Positions 40,811 through 53,943 are shown, counted from the stretch's first letter. The stretch is 64,000 nucleotides of DNA from Octopus vulgaris (GCA_951406725.2 OX597835.1:32364001-32428000), one strand, 5' to 3'. Program-made: numbers and translations. The notes: a model not told the origin generated them from the sequence alone.

Positions 40811-41023
40811 TGTAATAAAAGGTATTCTGTACAATCTTCGTTCAACTCCATTTATTCCATTCACTAATAATATTAAACTTCAATTATCCGCTCCAACGCA
40901 CGGTTGCAACACCAAATGGTCTTATCTCCAACCGTGCTGTTTTCCGCTGTGATTTTTGCTACCCAGGTATCGGTTAAACCTTTGAATAATCTGTTACAAG
41001 AAAATTCATCTTTCTATTTCAAC

Positions 41024-41108
<85 letters not shown>

Positions 41109-41329
41109 CAGAGAGAGAGTGAGAGAGAGGGAAAGAGAGAGAGAAGGAGAGTTGAGAATTCATAATCCGAAACTCGTGGAACCGTAAGTATTGCAGATTT
41201 CGGATTTTTCTTCTGGTTTTGGAGAATTTTTATATTTGCATCTATAAAATAGAACATCGTGGGGATAGCACTATCAACTTATATTTCATAGTATAGCTTA
41301 TACATTTAAACTCTATCCTTTACATATAT

Positions 41330-41740
41330 AGGTGCAAGTGTGGATGTGAGAAGTTTGCTTTTGAAGCACATGTTTCCGGGCTCATTCCCGCTGCGTGGTA
41401 TTTTGGATGTCTTCTACTATAGCCTCGAGATGACCAAAGCATTGTGAGTGGATTTGGTAGACGGAAACTGAAAGAAGTCTGTCATGTGTGTGTATGCGTG
41501 TGAGTGTGTGTATGCAGGTATGTCTACGTGTGTGCGTTTGTTTGTCGCGTACAACTGCCTGACAACCGGTGTTGGTGTGTTTACGTCCCGTAACTTTGCG
41601 GTTCAGCAAAGAGATCGATAGAATACGTACAAGTCTTAACATAAATAAATACTGGGGTCGATCCATTTGTCTAAGATTTCCTCAATGCGGTGCCCCAGCA
41701 TGGGCGCAGTCTAATGACTGAATCAAATAAAAAATAAAAA
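41330..41740 (+). mobile_element. SINE family A (diverged)
   Basis: Match to the other copies. Confidence 0.8.
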
Positions 41741-41899
41741 GATGATACCACCACAAAGGTAAGATATTAGCCTGGAGCTACGATACAGAGCTTTGATTAA
41801 AAGGTTGCAGTCCACGTGACGCATCAAAGAATATCGCTGCTGTTTCGTGATCAGCAGATGCTTTATAACAACATACATTTTAATATTTAATGCCGTACC

Positions 41900-42019
41900 G
41901 CTTACGGTCATATCACGTTGAATGCACCGGTTCTCGTCCGATCACCGAAGCTAAGCAACGTTGAACCTAATTAGAGCTTTGATTGGTGACCGCTTGGCAA
42001 ACCTAGGTCCTGTAAGCAT
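41900..42019 (+). rRNA. Full-length diverged 5S rRNA copy (likely pseudogene or SINE head)
   Basis: GCTTACGGTCATATCACGTTGAATGCACCGGTTCTCGTCCGATCACCGAAGCTAAGCAACG...GGTGACCGCTTGG...CTGTAAGC; ~120 nt; terminal GCTTAC/GTAAGC stem; no oligo-T terminator. Confidence 0.85.
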
Positions 42020-42028
42020 CTCACTGTG

Positions 42029-42230
42029 GTGGCGCGCTAGCAGGATCGTTTCACACCAGGCAAAATGCTTAGCAACTTTTTACATTCTCAGTTCAATTTG
42101 TGCCGAGGTCGACTTTACCTTTCGTCCTTTCGGGATCGATAAAATAAGTACCATATAGGTACTGGGGTCGATTTTATCGACTTGCTCCTTCACCTGAAAT
42201 TGCTGGCCTTGTGCTAAAGTTTGAAATCAA
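42029..42230 (+). mobile_element. SINE family B (older subfamily)
   Basis: Conserved GAGGTCGACTTT..CCTTTCG..GATAAAATAAGTACCA body. Confidence 0.8.
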
Positions 42231-42246
42231 TATTTAATATCATGCC

Positions 42247-42313
42247 GCTTACGGTCATATCGCGTTGAATGCACCAGCTGTCGAGCAATTACCGAAGTGA
42301 TGCGACGTTGAAC
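42247..42313 (+). pseudogene. Partial 5S rRNA copy (5' half)
   Basis: GCTTACGGTCATATCGCGTTGAATGCACC...CGAAGTGATGCGACGTTGAAC, truncated by (TA)n. Confidence 0.75.
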
Positions 42314-42494
42314 ATATATATATATATATATATCAGCCAAAATTGCGAGGATGATCCGGTTCTTGACTGAGGATAGAAAACTTCGAATGACACGTCCTTG
42401 TTTGTTTTTTTTTGTATCGTTTATCTGGATGTTTTGTTGTCCCTTTTTGTATCACCTAATTGTCCCGGATGTTTTGCGTTCTTGTCCCATTTTG

Positions 42495-42556
<62 letters not shown>

Positions 42557-42622
42557 TTATATATATATGTACGTATGTATGTATGTATATATATATATAT
42601 ATACATATATGTCTGTATGTAT

Positions 42623-42653
<31 letters not shown>

Positions 42654-42664
42654 TGGATGGATAA

Positions 42665-42731
<67 letters not shown>

Positions 42732-43484
42732 CTGTGTTTGTTTGTGTTAGTGTGTGTGTACTTGTATGAGCTCAATATAGGAAAGTTCTAATTTACTTGA
42801 TAATTTATAGTGATTTATAGAAGCTTGTTAATAAAACTTGAACTTTTCATGAAACTGCCTAATTTTGAAAAACTAGTAGCATACAGTTTATAAAAAAAAG
42901 TTAAACTATAACTTAGGACGCAGTACGACAACTCTATCCCAACAAACACGACTTAGGTTATACCAGGACACATAAAACCATAAATCTCACGTATTATAGC
43001 AATCGATACACCTATTGAATATACAACATCAATAAAAAAAGATACAGTGACGTATATTAAATCACATTAGTCTTTCATTAACAGAAATTCGTTATTGCAG
43101 ACGTGTATGGCGACGCCTTTCACAATTCATATAAGTAGGAAAGTCTAGATGTCACTGTGCGTATGTTGACTTGTTTGTATGTACGGGGAGTGTGTTTGTG
43201 TGTGTGTGTGCGTGTGTGTGTGTAGGTGTGTACATGGTTTTATGGTGTGTGCGTAGGTGTCTGCGTTTGTGTACGTATGAATATGTAAGTAGGTATATAA
43301 TTGACTGGATGAGGAGATCCTGTTACTGATTGTTTATCTAACCGACGGTTTTTAAAGTTTGATCTACGTACACATATATAAACAATCATACATACATACA
43401 TGCATATATACACACACACAAATATACATACATATATATATATATATATACCTATATATATGTGTGTGTATACATATATATATA

Positions 43485-43662
43485 CTCTTTTACTATTTTA
43501 CTTGTTTCAGTCATTTGAGTGCGACCATGCAGGACTTATTATTTGTAAGCCTAGTACTTATTCTATCGGTCTCTTTGCCGAACCGCTAAGTGACGGGGAC
43601 GTAAACACACCAGCATTGGTTGTCAAGCGATGTTGGGGGGACAAACACAGACACAAACACAC

Positions 43663-43699
<37 letters not shown>

Positions 43700-43866
43700 T
43701 ACGACGGGCTTCTTTCAGTTTCCGTCTACCAAATCTACTCACAAAGCATTGTTCGGCCCGAGGCTATAGTAGAAGACACTTGCCCAAGGTGCCACGCAGT
43801 GGGACTGAACCCGGAACCATGTGGTAGGTAAGCAAGTTATTTACCACACAGCCACTCCTGCGCCTA
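43485..43866 (-). mobile_element. SINE family A with internal deletion
   Basis: Match to the other copies. Confidence 0.85.
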
Positions 43867-43913
43867 CGCACATACATATATGTGTGCATGCATTCGCACG
43901 CACAAATATATGC

Positions 43914-43949
<36 letters not shown>

Positions 43950-45246
43950 GCATATATACGTAGAGATACATATATTCACATATATATTTATACACATATA
44001 CATATGCAAATAAATATTCTGTGTAGATACGAACATGTGTGCGTGCGTGTATGTCGGGTATATGCAGCTGAGACGGTATTTAATTAAAATAGCCATTTAT
44101 ATAATATCTTTAATGCATAGAAACTGTTGATAAAAAAATCTATGAGAATAGGGCGTGTTTGTGCCTGAACTGGGAATTGGGCCTTATAATGTATATATGT
44201 ATACAAAGCAATTTACGCTTATATAATCCACTATTCTAATGTACATATGAATAACCTTGATGATATTTACAACGAAAATATGTATATATCGGCAAATCTA
44301 TAGATATTTTCTGCAGTGCAGACCAGTATTATAACAAAACAATACTTACGCATCATTTAACTACTAATCAAACACGCCTTGAATGCGTTATAATATGCAA
44401 ATCGATCTGTTCAATTTATTGAAGTCCTTTGTAATATTGGAATTATGAGATAGATTTCTGTGGATAGCTAAAGTGAGATCTCAGTTGCTGATGAAATTCC
44501 AACTCAGGTTTGAAACCTGACTGGCCGATTTGTCTTTTTCTCACGGGGATATAGTATATATAATGTCATAGCAAAAAAAAAAAAATTTACGGTTTAATGT
44601 TAGGCTACATTATTTATTGGGATGGGTTGGGGTCATTAACGTAGCTACATCTGAAGGACAAACCCGTTTTTTCATGTCAGTAAATAGATTTGACCCTAGC
44701 ATTAACTGACAGACGCTCTGCATACTAATGTGGGACCTATTATGGAGCATTGCTCTCATTTCCGGGTCAGCTTTATTGATACAAACAGAAACATCCCTGA
44801 CAAAAGTCCAGAGAAAAGTTCATTCAACTGACTGACATAAAATGACTCATACTGTCCAGGCCTTGGTCCACAGATGTTCCATCTCTTTCCTCTCTTTCTC
44901 TCTCCATCTCTCTCTCCCCCTCTCTCTCCCTCTCTCTCTTCCTCTTGTTCTGGTCTAACGACCCTCCCTGTTTGTTTTCGTTCGATTTTCTTGTATGTCT
45001 CCTTTGTCGTTTTTGTTCCCAACTTTGACCCTCCTTAAATCCAAAACTTTACTTTAGAATTTATGGGAGCATCTGTCTTTGAAGACTCATATCGTCGTTG
45101 AATGCTCGAAATGAGGAGTAAATCGACAGCCGACAACAGTGTTTACTTGTTCTGTTCTGCATTTTTTCTTGTTGTTTACGTATTTCATGTTATTTGCACC
45201 ATCGGTGACGTCTTGTAACCCATTTATACATGTGTGTGTGTGTGAG

Positions 45247-45281
<35 letters not shown>

Positions 45282-45367
45282 TATAGAAGGAGCTTCTACA
45301 GGACTAGTACTGTTTCATTCAAATGAAATCATGAAACAGTACTAGTCCTGTAGAAGCTCCTTCTATA
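45282..45367. repeat. Perfect 37-bp inverted repeat, 12-nt spacer
   Basis: 45282-45318 is the reverse complement of 45331-45367. Confidence 0.95.
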
Positions 45368-45440
45368 GAATAAATTAATTTACTCTGCAATGTATTGAGT
45401 ACCTTATTTACTGTGGTTAACCCCGACTCAACCCGGGACC

Positions 45441-45508
<68 letters not shown>

Positions 45509-45575
45509 CCGTAAGACAACAAAAGAAAGAAAGAGACCTTAATATTATGTAAATAGAGGAATTTATCTGTAAAAT

Positions 45576-45672
45576 AATATGTGACAATTATTCAGTAGCC
45601 AAGATAAAACTCTGAGTTTCGGCATCCGAAACTCAGAGTTTTATCTTGGCTACTGAATAATTGTCACATATT
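45576..45672. repeat. Perfect 47-bp inverted repeat, 3-nt spacer
   Basis: 45576-45622 is the reverse complement of 45626-45672. Confidence 0.95.
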
Positions 45673-46258
45673 TATTTTACATATATATATATATAACAAA
45701 ATAATAAATAAAATATATGCATATATACATACATATATGTACGTACCTACATCTATATATAGTATAGGACACCAAAAAAACGTCGAGCACAATGAGAAAC
45801 GAAAACATAAAAACAAAACCATGGAAACGGACAATTTTTTTAAACAACGAAAAAATAGAGTACTAGACATAAAACACAGGGAAAATTCCTCTTCTTCAGC
45901 CGCCTCTGCTTCGTCTACTCCGTGTTTCGAAGGTAAAGGCGAGACACGACTTAGTTGAAACAGTCCTTCCCGCAAAGCAAATTAAATAAAATTTGTGATT
46001 TTTTTTGCGAGCGGTAAAAGTAGTAAAAAAACGCGACAGTAAAATCAATACAAATAAAAACAGTAAAAAACAGGACAAGGAGAATAACAGTAGCACAAAC
46101 AGTTAGGGCTGTGAAGCCTGAACGAAAAGAAGAATTATTTTGAATACTTTGAGAACGGCTTGAGAGAGGGACAGAGGTAGTCGTCAGAAAGACAGTGGCC
46201 CTCTGGTCACGTGTCAGCGACGAGAGGGAGGAGGAGGAGTAAGAGAAAGGGAACGGTG

Positions 46259-46308
<50 letters not shown>

Positions 46309-46479
46309 TATATATTAATTACTATTATATATATAACTATATATATATACACATATTGACAAATTAAACTTAAATGTTGAAGTTTCTTAAATGGCTTATA
46401 AACACCTTCCACGCTGCAATTGTTTTCGTTTCAGCACACGATCTCAGATCAAATTACTTGCTATGCGAGTACATCTCCG

Positions 46480-46521
<42 letters not shown>

Positions 46522-46674
46522 TATGTATTTCTCTATCTGCCTTTCAACTCATATTCTTCCTGCGGAGAATCGGCTTGCATCAATTTAAGCCAACCAATAA
46601 TGACGTCAGTTTTCACCTTCAGTGGACATAGGCATTGCCCTTTCATCCAGATCCTGCTTGAAACTAAACTCAAA

Positions 46675-46711
<37 letters not shown>

Positions 46712-46810
46712 TTATATTATGATGTTGGATTATTTATTCATTTTACAAATGAGAACCTCCAAAGCATACAAAAATATATTATATAAATCAATAGATAAGA
46801 TAATAATACA

Positions 46811-46841
<31 letters not shown>

Positions 46842-47180
46842 TCGTCATACGATATAGTGTATATTTAAACACATAGAGAATCCACTTATAGGGATTCTAC
46901 GCATTAGAAAGAACAGCTAAGTTCTATGACCACAAAAAAATTAGGGATAAAATTCGACAGGAATAAATCTGGAAAGGAAAAACATTTACCATCTAGTTTG
47001 CTGGACCAATTGGTTTCTGATCATCTTTTAGCGAGTCATGGAGAACTCACAAGGTTTGACTTTCTTCAGCAGGTCCAACCAAGTGCTAAATATATCCACA
47101 CGAGACAAAGCTACCTGTCTCGTGTTTATTCTGTAAGTTTTCGGTTAATAAGTTGGCGGTTTTTATTGTAGCCAACGAAG

Positions 47181-47265
47181 GACTGCGTCTGCGCAGTAAA
47201 TTTGAAAAGTTAGCTCGTATAAACACGAGATTTATTTGACCGGGTATCCGGTTTCCATGGCGAAC
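47181..47265. promoter_or_regulatory. Candidate promoter with NRF1-like and RFX X-box-like motifs
   Basis: ACTGCGTCTGCGCAGT (47182-47197) and GTTTCCATGGCGAAC (47251-47265) in a non-repetitive, CpG-retaining patch; minus-strand donor candidates at 47114, ~47050 and ~46989. Confidence 0.4.
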
Positions 47266-47982
47266 AAGTGATCGAGATCGACACATTCCCACGAACTGGA
47301 CACCGGTCTGTTGCAGGGCTGCAGGCCTGCAATTTTGATGGGAGGAGAAAACGATTACATCGACCCCTGTACTTGACTGATACTTTATATTATCTTCTTT
47401 GAAAGGATTGACTGGCAAAGCTGAACTCAGTAGGATTTCAAATCGGCGCGTAAAAAGCCAAAAGAAATGACGCTAAGCGCGGTAACGATTGTACTTGCTT
47501 GGTGCCTTAATAATGGTTTCAAATTTTGGCACAAGGCCGGGAATTTGGGGGAGGGTGTTAATCCATTACATCGACCCCAGTGTTCAACTGGTACTTAATT
47601 TATCGAAACTGAAAGGATGAAAGACAAAGTCGACGTAGCGACGGTTGAAATACCGCTAAGATTTTCGTCCAGCGTGCTGACGATTCTGCCAGCTGGCCAC
47701 CATCTCTGCCTTAATAATAGCTTCGAAGTTTGGTACAAGGCCAGGAATTTGAGGGAGGGTACTAATCGATTACATCGATCCCAGTGTTCAACTAGTACTT
47801 ATTTTATCGACCCCCAAAAGATGAAAGGCAGAGTCGACCTCAGCAGAATTTGAAATTAGAACGTAGCGACGGGTGAAATACAGCTAAACATTTCGTCCAG
47901 CATGCTAACGATTCTGCCAGCTGGCCGCCTTCTCCGCCTTAATAATAATAATAACAACAACAACAACATCAATAATAATAAT

Positions 47983-48053
<71 letters not shown>

Positions 48054-48054
<1 letters not shown>

Positions 48055-48680
48055 CATATTATAGCTAGCTGCCCAGTCTTGGCTAAGAAGGAATATATTC
48101 ACAGACATGACAGAGTGGAACCTACATACATTGGAAGCTATGCCAACATTATGGAATAACAACAGAAAAAAGATGGTATAGGCACACACCAGAAAAGGTC
48201 ACAGAAAACGAGAAAGCAACCATACTCTGGGATATGCCGATACACGCAGATAGAGAAATTAAGGCCAACAGACCAGATATAGTTGTCAGAGATCATGAAG
48301 AAAAAAATGCTTTCTAATTGATGTATCAATACCGGCTGATGACAACGTGTCTCTAAAAGAAATGGAGAAACTCTCAAAATACAAAGACCTGGAAATAGAG
48401 GTAACTAGAATGTGGAATCTGAAAACAGAAACAATTCCTATCATAGTAGGTGCATTAGGCATGATAAAAAAATATTCAGACAAATACATAACAAAAACAC
48501 CAGGACTTACAAACACATATGACATACGGAAAATTGCACTACTAGGCACTGCACACATCCTACGCAGAACACTTTCCATACAATAACCATCAGAGCATCA
48601 CAACAAATCACAGCACATACCCAAGGCACACAGAGCTGCGCTCGGTAGTGAAGTGAAAGCACGCTATAAAAATAAAACTA

Positions 48681-48685
<5 letters not shown>
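48054..48685 (+). mobile_element. 5'-truncated R4/Dong element, second subfamily
   Basis: HIIASCPVLAKKEYIHRHDRV, ILWDMPI, NRPDIV and KLSKYKDLEIEVTRMW motifs; (AAT)n on both sides. Confidence 0.9.
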
Positions 48686-48715
<30 letters not shown>

Positions 48716-48717
<2 letters not shown>

Positions 48718-49250
48718 CCCTGATGCAGTACCAGGCAGTGGCTCTCATGGCTTCTGATCTTAACTGATTGGAAGTGTTATCATGTAAATTGTTTTGTCTT
48801 GATATAAAAGATGGGCTACCGCAAATATTCTGCTCAATACCACAGATCACGAGCAGAAGTGGTGGGGGAGCATCATAACCATGTGTTGAGAGGAATTATT
48901 TGGGGTTTGGATAATTCATCTTTGGAAACATGGGTATTTCGTTCAACATCCTTAAATAACTCTTATTCAAGGACCATTTGAGTGGGATGCGCCACTCAGC
49001 CTGAAGAAAATTCTAACTGGGCCCCAACTGCAAGGTCATGTGCTGTTTATCTTGATATGAGATCATCATGTCGCGCACATATGGTTGTGATGCATGTGCC
49101 TAGTGTACCCTTATCAGACGGGTTGTCATGATGGGTATACTGGGCTTCGTATATTTTACCCCAGTGTTACTTTGATAGCTCTCTCACTGCTCTCCCAGTG
49201 TTACTTTGATAGCTCTCACCCAGTGTTACTTTGACTGCTCTCTCACTCAA
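48716..49250. mobile_element. Non-coding interspersed element between (AAT)n tracts
   Basis: Shares GCAAATATTCTGCTCAATACCACAGAT (inverted) with the ~4540-4790 region; internal triplication of CCCAGTGTTACTTTGA at 49160-49235. Confidence 0.55.
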
Positions 49251-49255
49251 TAATG

Positions 49256-49321
<66 letters not shown>

Positions 49322-49323
<2 letters not shown>

Positions 49324-52300
49324 TGCGCTATGAGCAATGCTTACATGTAGAGAACCCTAAACTGACAGATCCATCTCCTAATATAAGAATGGATGCTCGT
49401 CATGCTTCAAGGTCAACAAATCAAACTATAAACCGCATTGGTCGTTGCGCGGATTACAAAAGACCACGTACCCGAAAATTGAACCAAATTCTGATTGAAA
49501 AATCAGCTACTGGATCAAATCTTCCCAACACACAGGAGCTGGACGTACCCCACAACCGGAATATTCCAACAGATGGCCATCCATTCTCATCACCAAATAA
49601 TCAAAAGAAAAAGAAGGAGAAATGGTCTAGTGAAGATAATAAAGAAGTTCTTGAGGCCTTCTACCATGCCATATATTTCCCCACAGATAAATCTAGCACT
49701 GTACATGCATACTTAAACTGGAGACAGAAACACCCTGAAGTAAGACCCTACATAGACAGTAACAAACTTGCCAACGTCAGAAGAAACATTATAAAAAGAA
49801 AATTACTGACTGAAGTAGAGATTGATCAGGTTAGACAAGCAATATCGGATAAAATGAACGAAGTTGCAGCTAGAGAAGATAATACAGAGGAAATAATTAT
49901 AGACCAGCCCAGGGCTGATAAAAACGAAGTGAGGATTGAAAGAGTTAGTATAAGTGATAGGCAAAGTGAAATACTCCCTGAACCAATCATAAACACTAAG
50001 ACAGATGAGCATCAAATAGATAAAGAAAGTCACACAAATATTGACCCAACAGAACTACATGAGCTAAAAAATCAAATCATGATTGAATGGCTGAAAATTA
50101 AAGAAACCAGCATGGATGAACGTGATACACTTCCTAAAATCCGCAACTCTAACCAAAACATGAAAATAATTGGTAAAATCCGGCTTGCACTTAAGGATAT
50201 AATTTCAGCTAATGATGTTGATATCACAAAACTCAACCACCTATATTATGCATCCGCGAAAATCTCAACGATCCTATGTGGTGTAAAGATCAGAAAACGG
50301 CAACATTCCCACAAAAAGCCTTCTTGGCAAGAGCGTCTGCAACAACAAATTAAAATATTTAGATCTGGCATTGAATATTTGAAAACCTTAAGGCTCACAA
50401 GACTATCAAACCTACAAAAACCCAAAAATTACTGAAAAAATACAATATGAAAACTATACTTGATATTGATGCCACCATAGAAACCATCAAACAAAAGGTA
50501 TCTGCCAAAGCTGCCCGCATAGCGAGGTATGAAAAGCGTGTTAGATTTTTCAAGGACAACAACATGTTCAAAAATAACACCAAGAATTTTTACAGGAAGA
50601 TAGGAAAAACAGCGTTTACTGCAAGGTCTGTACCATCAAAAGAAGAAGTGCAGGGATTTTGGAATAAAACCTGGGCAGAAGAAAAAACACACAACGAAAA
50701 GGCCCCCTGGATTGACAGAATATCTACAGAACTGGACCCCTTAGAAGAGCAAAAGTGGGAGGGTGTCAAGGTAGAAGATATAAGATCTGCTCTCAGGAGG
50801 TCAAGCAAATGGAAGTCTCCAGGAAAGGATAAAATTCCTAACTTCTGGCTGAATGCCTTCCCAGAGAGCCATGAACTGCTAACAGAACTGTACAATGATA
50901 TTTTGCAACACCCTAGTAGGATGCCTCCTTGGCTAGTTAATGGGTTAACATTCCTGCTTCCAAAAAGTGAAGAAACAAATGAACCAAAAAACTATAGACC
51001 CATAACCTGCTTAACAACTATGTACAAAACACTAACATCTGTCCTGACGGAATATACCTATAGTTTTTTAACAGACAGCAGCATATTCCCTAATGAACAG
51101 AAAGGATGTAAACGTGGATGCTACGGCTGTAAAGACCAACTACTCATCAATAAGATGATCTTAGAAGATTGTCACAAACGACACAAAAACTTATCAATAG
51201 CCTGGATAGACTATAAAAAGGCTTTTGATAGCCTACCATATAGCTGGATTAGGAAATGCCTGGAAATGTACAAGATAGCACCTACTCTGCGAAACTTCTT
51301 GACTGTAAGTATGAGATCATGGTGAACCACACTAACTCTGAACAGTGACAATGAATCCCTAAATGCTGGTGGTGTAAAAATTTCGTGTGGCATTTTCCAG
51401 GGTGACTCACTGTCACCACTCCTCTTTTGTTTATCCTTAATACCTCTCTCAAAGCTGCTCAGTGACGCGCAGTACGGGTATAAAATGTTTGATAAAAATA
51501 TAAATCATCTCATTTACATGGATGATTTAAAGCTTTTTGCAAAAAATGACCAACAACTCAAGGGCTTACTAGCGATAGTCAAACAATTCAGTGACGACAT
51601 CAGAATGCAATTCGGCTTCGATAAATGTGCAAAAGCTACCTTTATCAAAGGAAAAATGACAGAAACATCTAACGTTAACCTTGACCAGCAGAATGTCATA
51701 AAAGAACTAGACCCAGCGGAGAGCTACAAGTACCTAGGGGTAATTGAAGGGAACGGAATAAGGCATTCAGAGATGAAGGAAAGGATCAGGAGAGAATGCT
51801 ATCGAAGAGTGAGAGCAATACTCAAGACAGAGCTGAATGCAAGAAACAGGATCGAAGCGATCAATGCATTAGCCATACCAGTCGTGACTTACAGTTTCAA
51901 TATTGTTAACTGGTCAATTACTGAAATATGTCAGCTCGACAGAAAAATAAGGAAACTGTTGACAATGCATAGAATGCACCACCCTAAGGCAGATACAGAA
52001 CGACTCTATCTGCCAAGAAAAGAGAGAGGCCGTGGTCTTTTGCAACTGGCAATAACAATGAAGATTGCTACAATTGGCCTAGACACCTTCCTGAAAAACT
52101 CTGAGGACTGGATGTTAAAACTTGTCTCAAAACATGAAAACAAGAAAGCATCATATTCAGTCACAAAACAGGCAAAGGGGTATCTAAGTGAATTCCGAAT
52201 ACAACCAATTTCGGAATTAGAGATAGACATACAAGAAACAAGCACAGAAAAAGCTAGGCGCATGAAAACCCGTGCCAAAGCTGCGGCCTTAGATATTCTG

Positions 52301-53308
52301 AATAATAAATGGCAAGAAAAACCTCTCTATGGCAAATACCCAAAGAGAGCGAATAATGCAGATATCGACAAAGCCCTGACCCATCAATGGCTAATGGCCT
52401 CTGGCTTAAAATCTGAAACAGAGGAGTTTATCATAGCAGCTCAAGATCAATGCCCACCAACAAGAAACTACCAGGCCAACATATTAAATATCAGAAGCAG
52501 TCCAACGTGTCGTGTATGCAAGCAACAAAATGAAACCATTGACCATGTGGTCTCCAAGTGCAGTCTTCTAGCGCCTACAGAGTATCTCAACAGGCACGAT
52601 AGAGCTGCACAATATATTCACTGGGTAATCTGTAAAAACCTGGATTTGCCTCATGAAAAAAACTGGTGGGAACACAAACCACCCCCAGTGCTTGAAAATG
52701 ACCACATCTCACTCCTCTGGAACTTCACCATTCAAACTGACAGAAAGATAGATGCAAATAGGCCAGACATCATATTGAAAGACTTCAAAGAACATGCCTC
52801 CTCATTGATATGACTGTCCCAATCGATATAAACGTATCTGTCAAGACCTACCAGAAACTGAGCAAATATAAGGATCTTGAAATAGAAATCAGCAAAATGT
52901 GGAAGCTGAAGACTAAAACAATACCTGTTGTCATAGGTGCCCTGGGAATGATAGCGAAAGGGACTGATTGCTACCTAACTCAGATACCAGGAAACCCCAA
53001 AATGGCAGAAATTCAAAAGATAGTGCTCATGGGAACTGCTCATATCCTACGCAAAATACTCTCTATGTAATCCCAAGGTTTAAAACAAACTTTTTTTTAT
53101 TTTTATTTTTTATTTTATTTTTTTTTTTTACTTTTCATTTTTTTTTATCTTTATGTATTAGACATTCACTAGTACAACACCAAAAAAAAAACCAAAAAAA
53201 AACCCCCAAATATATGGCACAGAACTTCCAACCCGTTGTCTCTTGAGGTCTCTGGGTGAGACTTGGAGCCAACTTGTACAGACATAAAGCAAAAGTCAAA
53301 CATAGAAT
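49322..53308 (+). mobile_element. Near full-length, decayed R4/Dong-clade (RLE) non-LTR retrotransposon
   Basis: Single long ORF broken by a frameshift (~50400), a stop (51323-51325) and a 4-nt deletion (~52787). Motifs: Myb-like WSSEDNKEVLEAFY, RT (KSPGKDKI, NYRPITCL, IDYKKAFDSL, GIFQGDSLSP, YMDD), CCHC knuckle and PD..D RLE. Both flanks are (AAT)n. Confidence 0.95.
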
Positions 53309-53943
53309 GATAATAATAATAATATTAATAATAATAATAATACAAGGCTCTCAAACTTTGGCACTAGGAACAAGGCCAGCAAATTTAGGGGAGGGTAAGT
53401 CCATTACATCGACTCTGGTGCTTGATACTTTAATTTATCGACCCCGCAGCGATGAGAAGTAAAGCTGACCACAGCGTTATTTGCAGCCAACAAAGTAACT
53501 AGCGCTCCATCGGTAGTTCTCAGGGAGATTCAGCGTGACACAGAACGTGACAAGCTCGCACCGCCAGGAATCGAACTCAAAACCTTACGATCGTGAGCTG
53601 AATACCCTAACCACGGAGCCAACGTAGTAAATTACCAATCATTAAAATTTTCATCTTATCCAAAGCAGCGAGCTTGCGGAATCGTTAGCATGCCGGATAT
53701 AAATGTTTAGTGGCATTTTGCCCGTTCCGAGTTCAAATTCCACTGAGGTCGACTTTGTTTTTCATCCTTTCGAGGTCGGTAAATTAAGTACCAGTGAAAC
53801 GCTGGAGGTGGGGTGTCGATATGATCGACTAAACCCTCCCCCAAAATTGCTGGTCTTGTTGCAAAATTTGAAATCACTATATATATATAGTGATTTCAAA
53901 TTTTGCAACAAGGCCAGCAATTTTTGGGGAGGAGTTAGTCGAT

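Noticed and set aside
45890-45960. GAAAC...CTGAAGA as a hammerhead on the minus strand
   Set aside because: I could not form the required stems around the two core segments.
46926-47171. Plus-strand 81-aa ORF as the first exon of a divergent gene
   Set aside because: No recognisable motif or TM anchor, and no compatible downstream exons found.
49323-53070. Four separate genes, or an active retrotransposon
   Set aside because: They are pieces of one ORF broken by two frameshifts and a stop, so this copy is non-functional as assembled.
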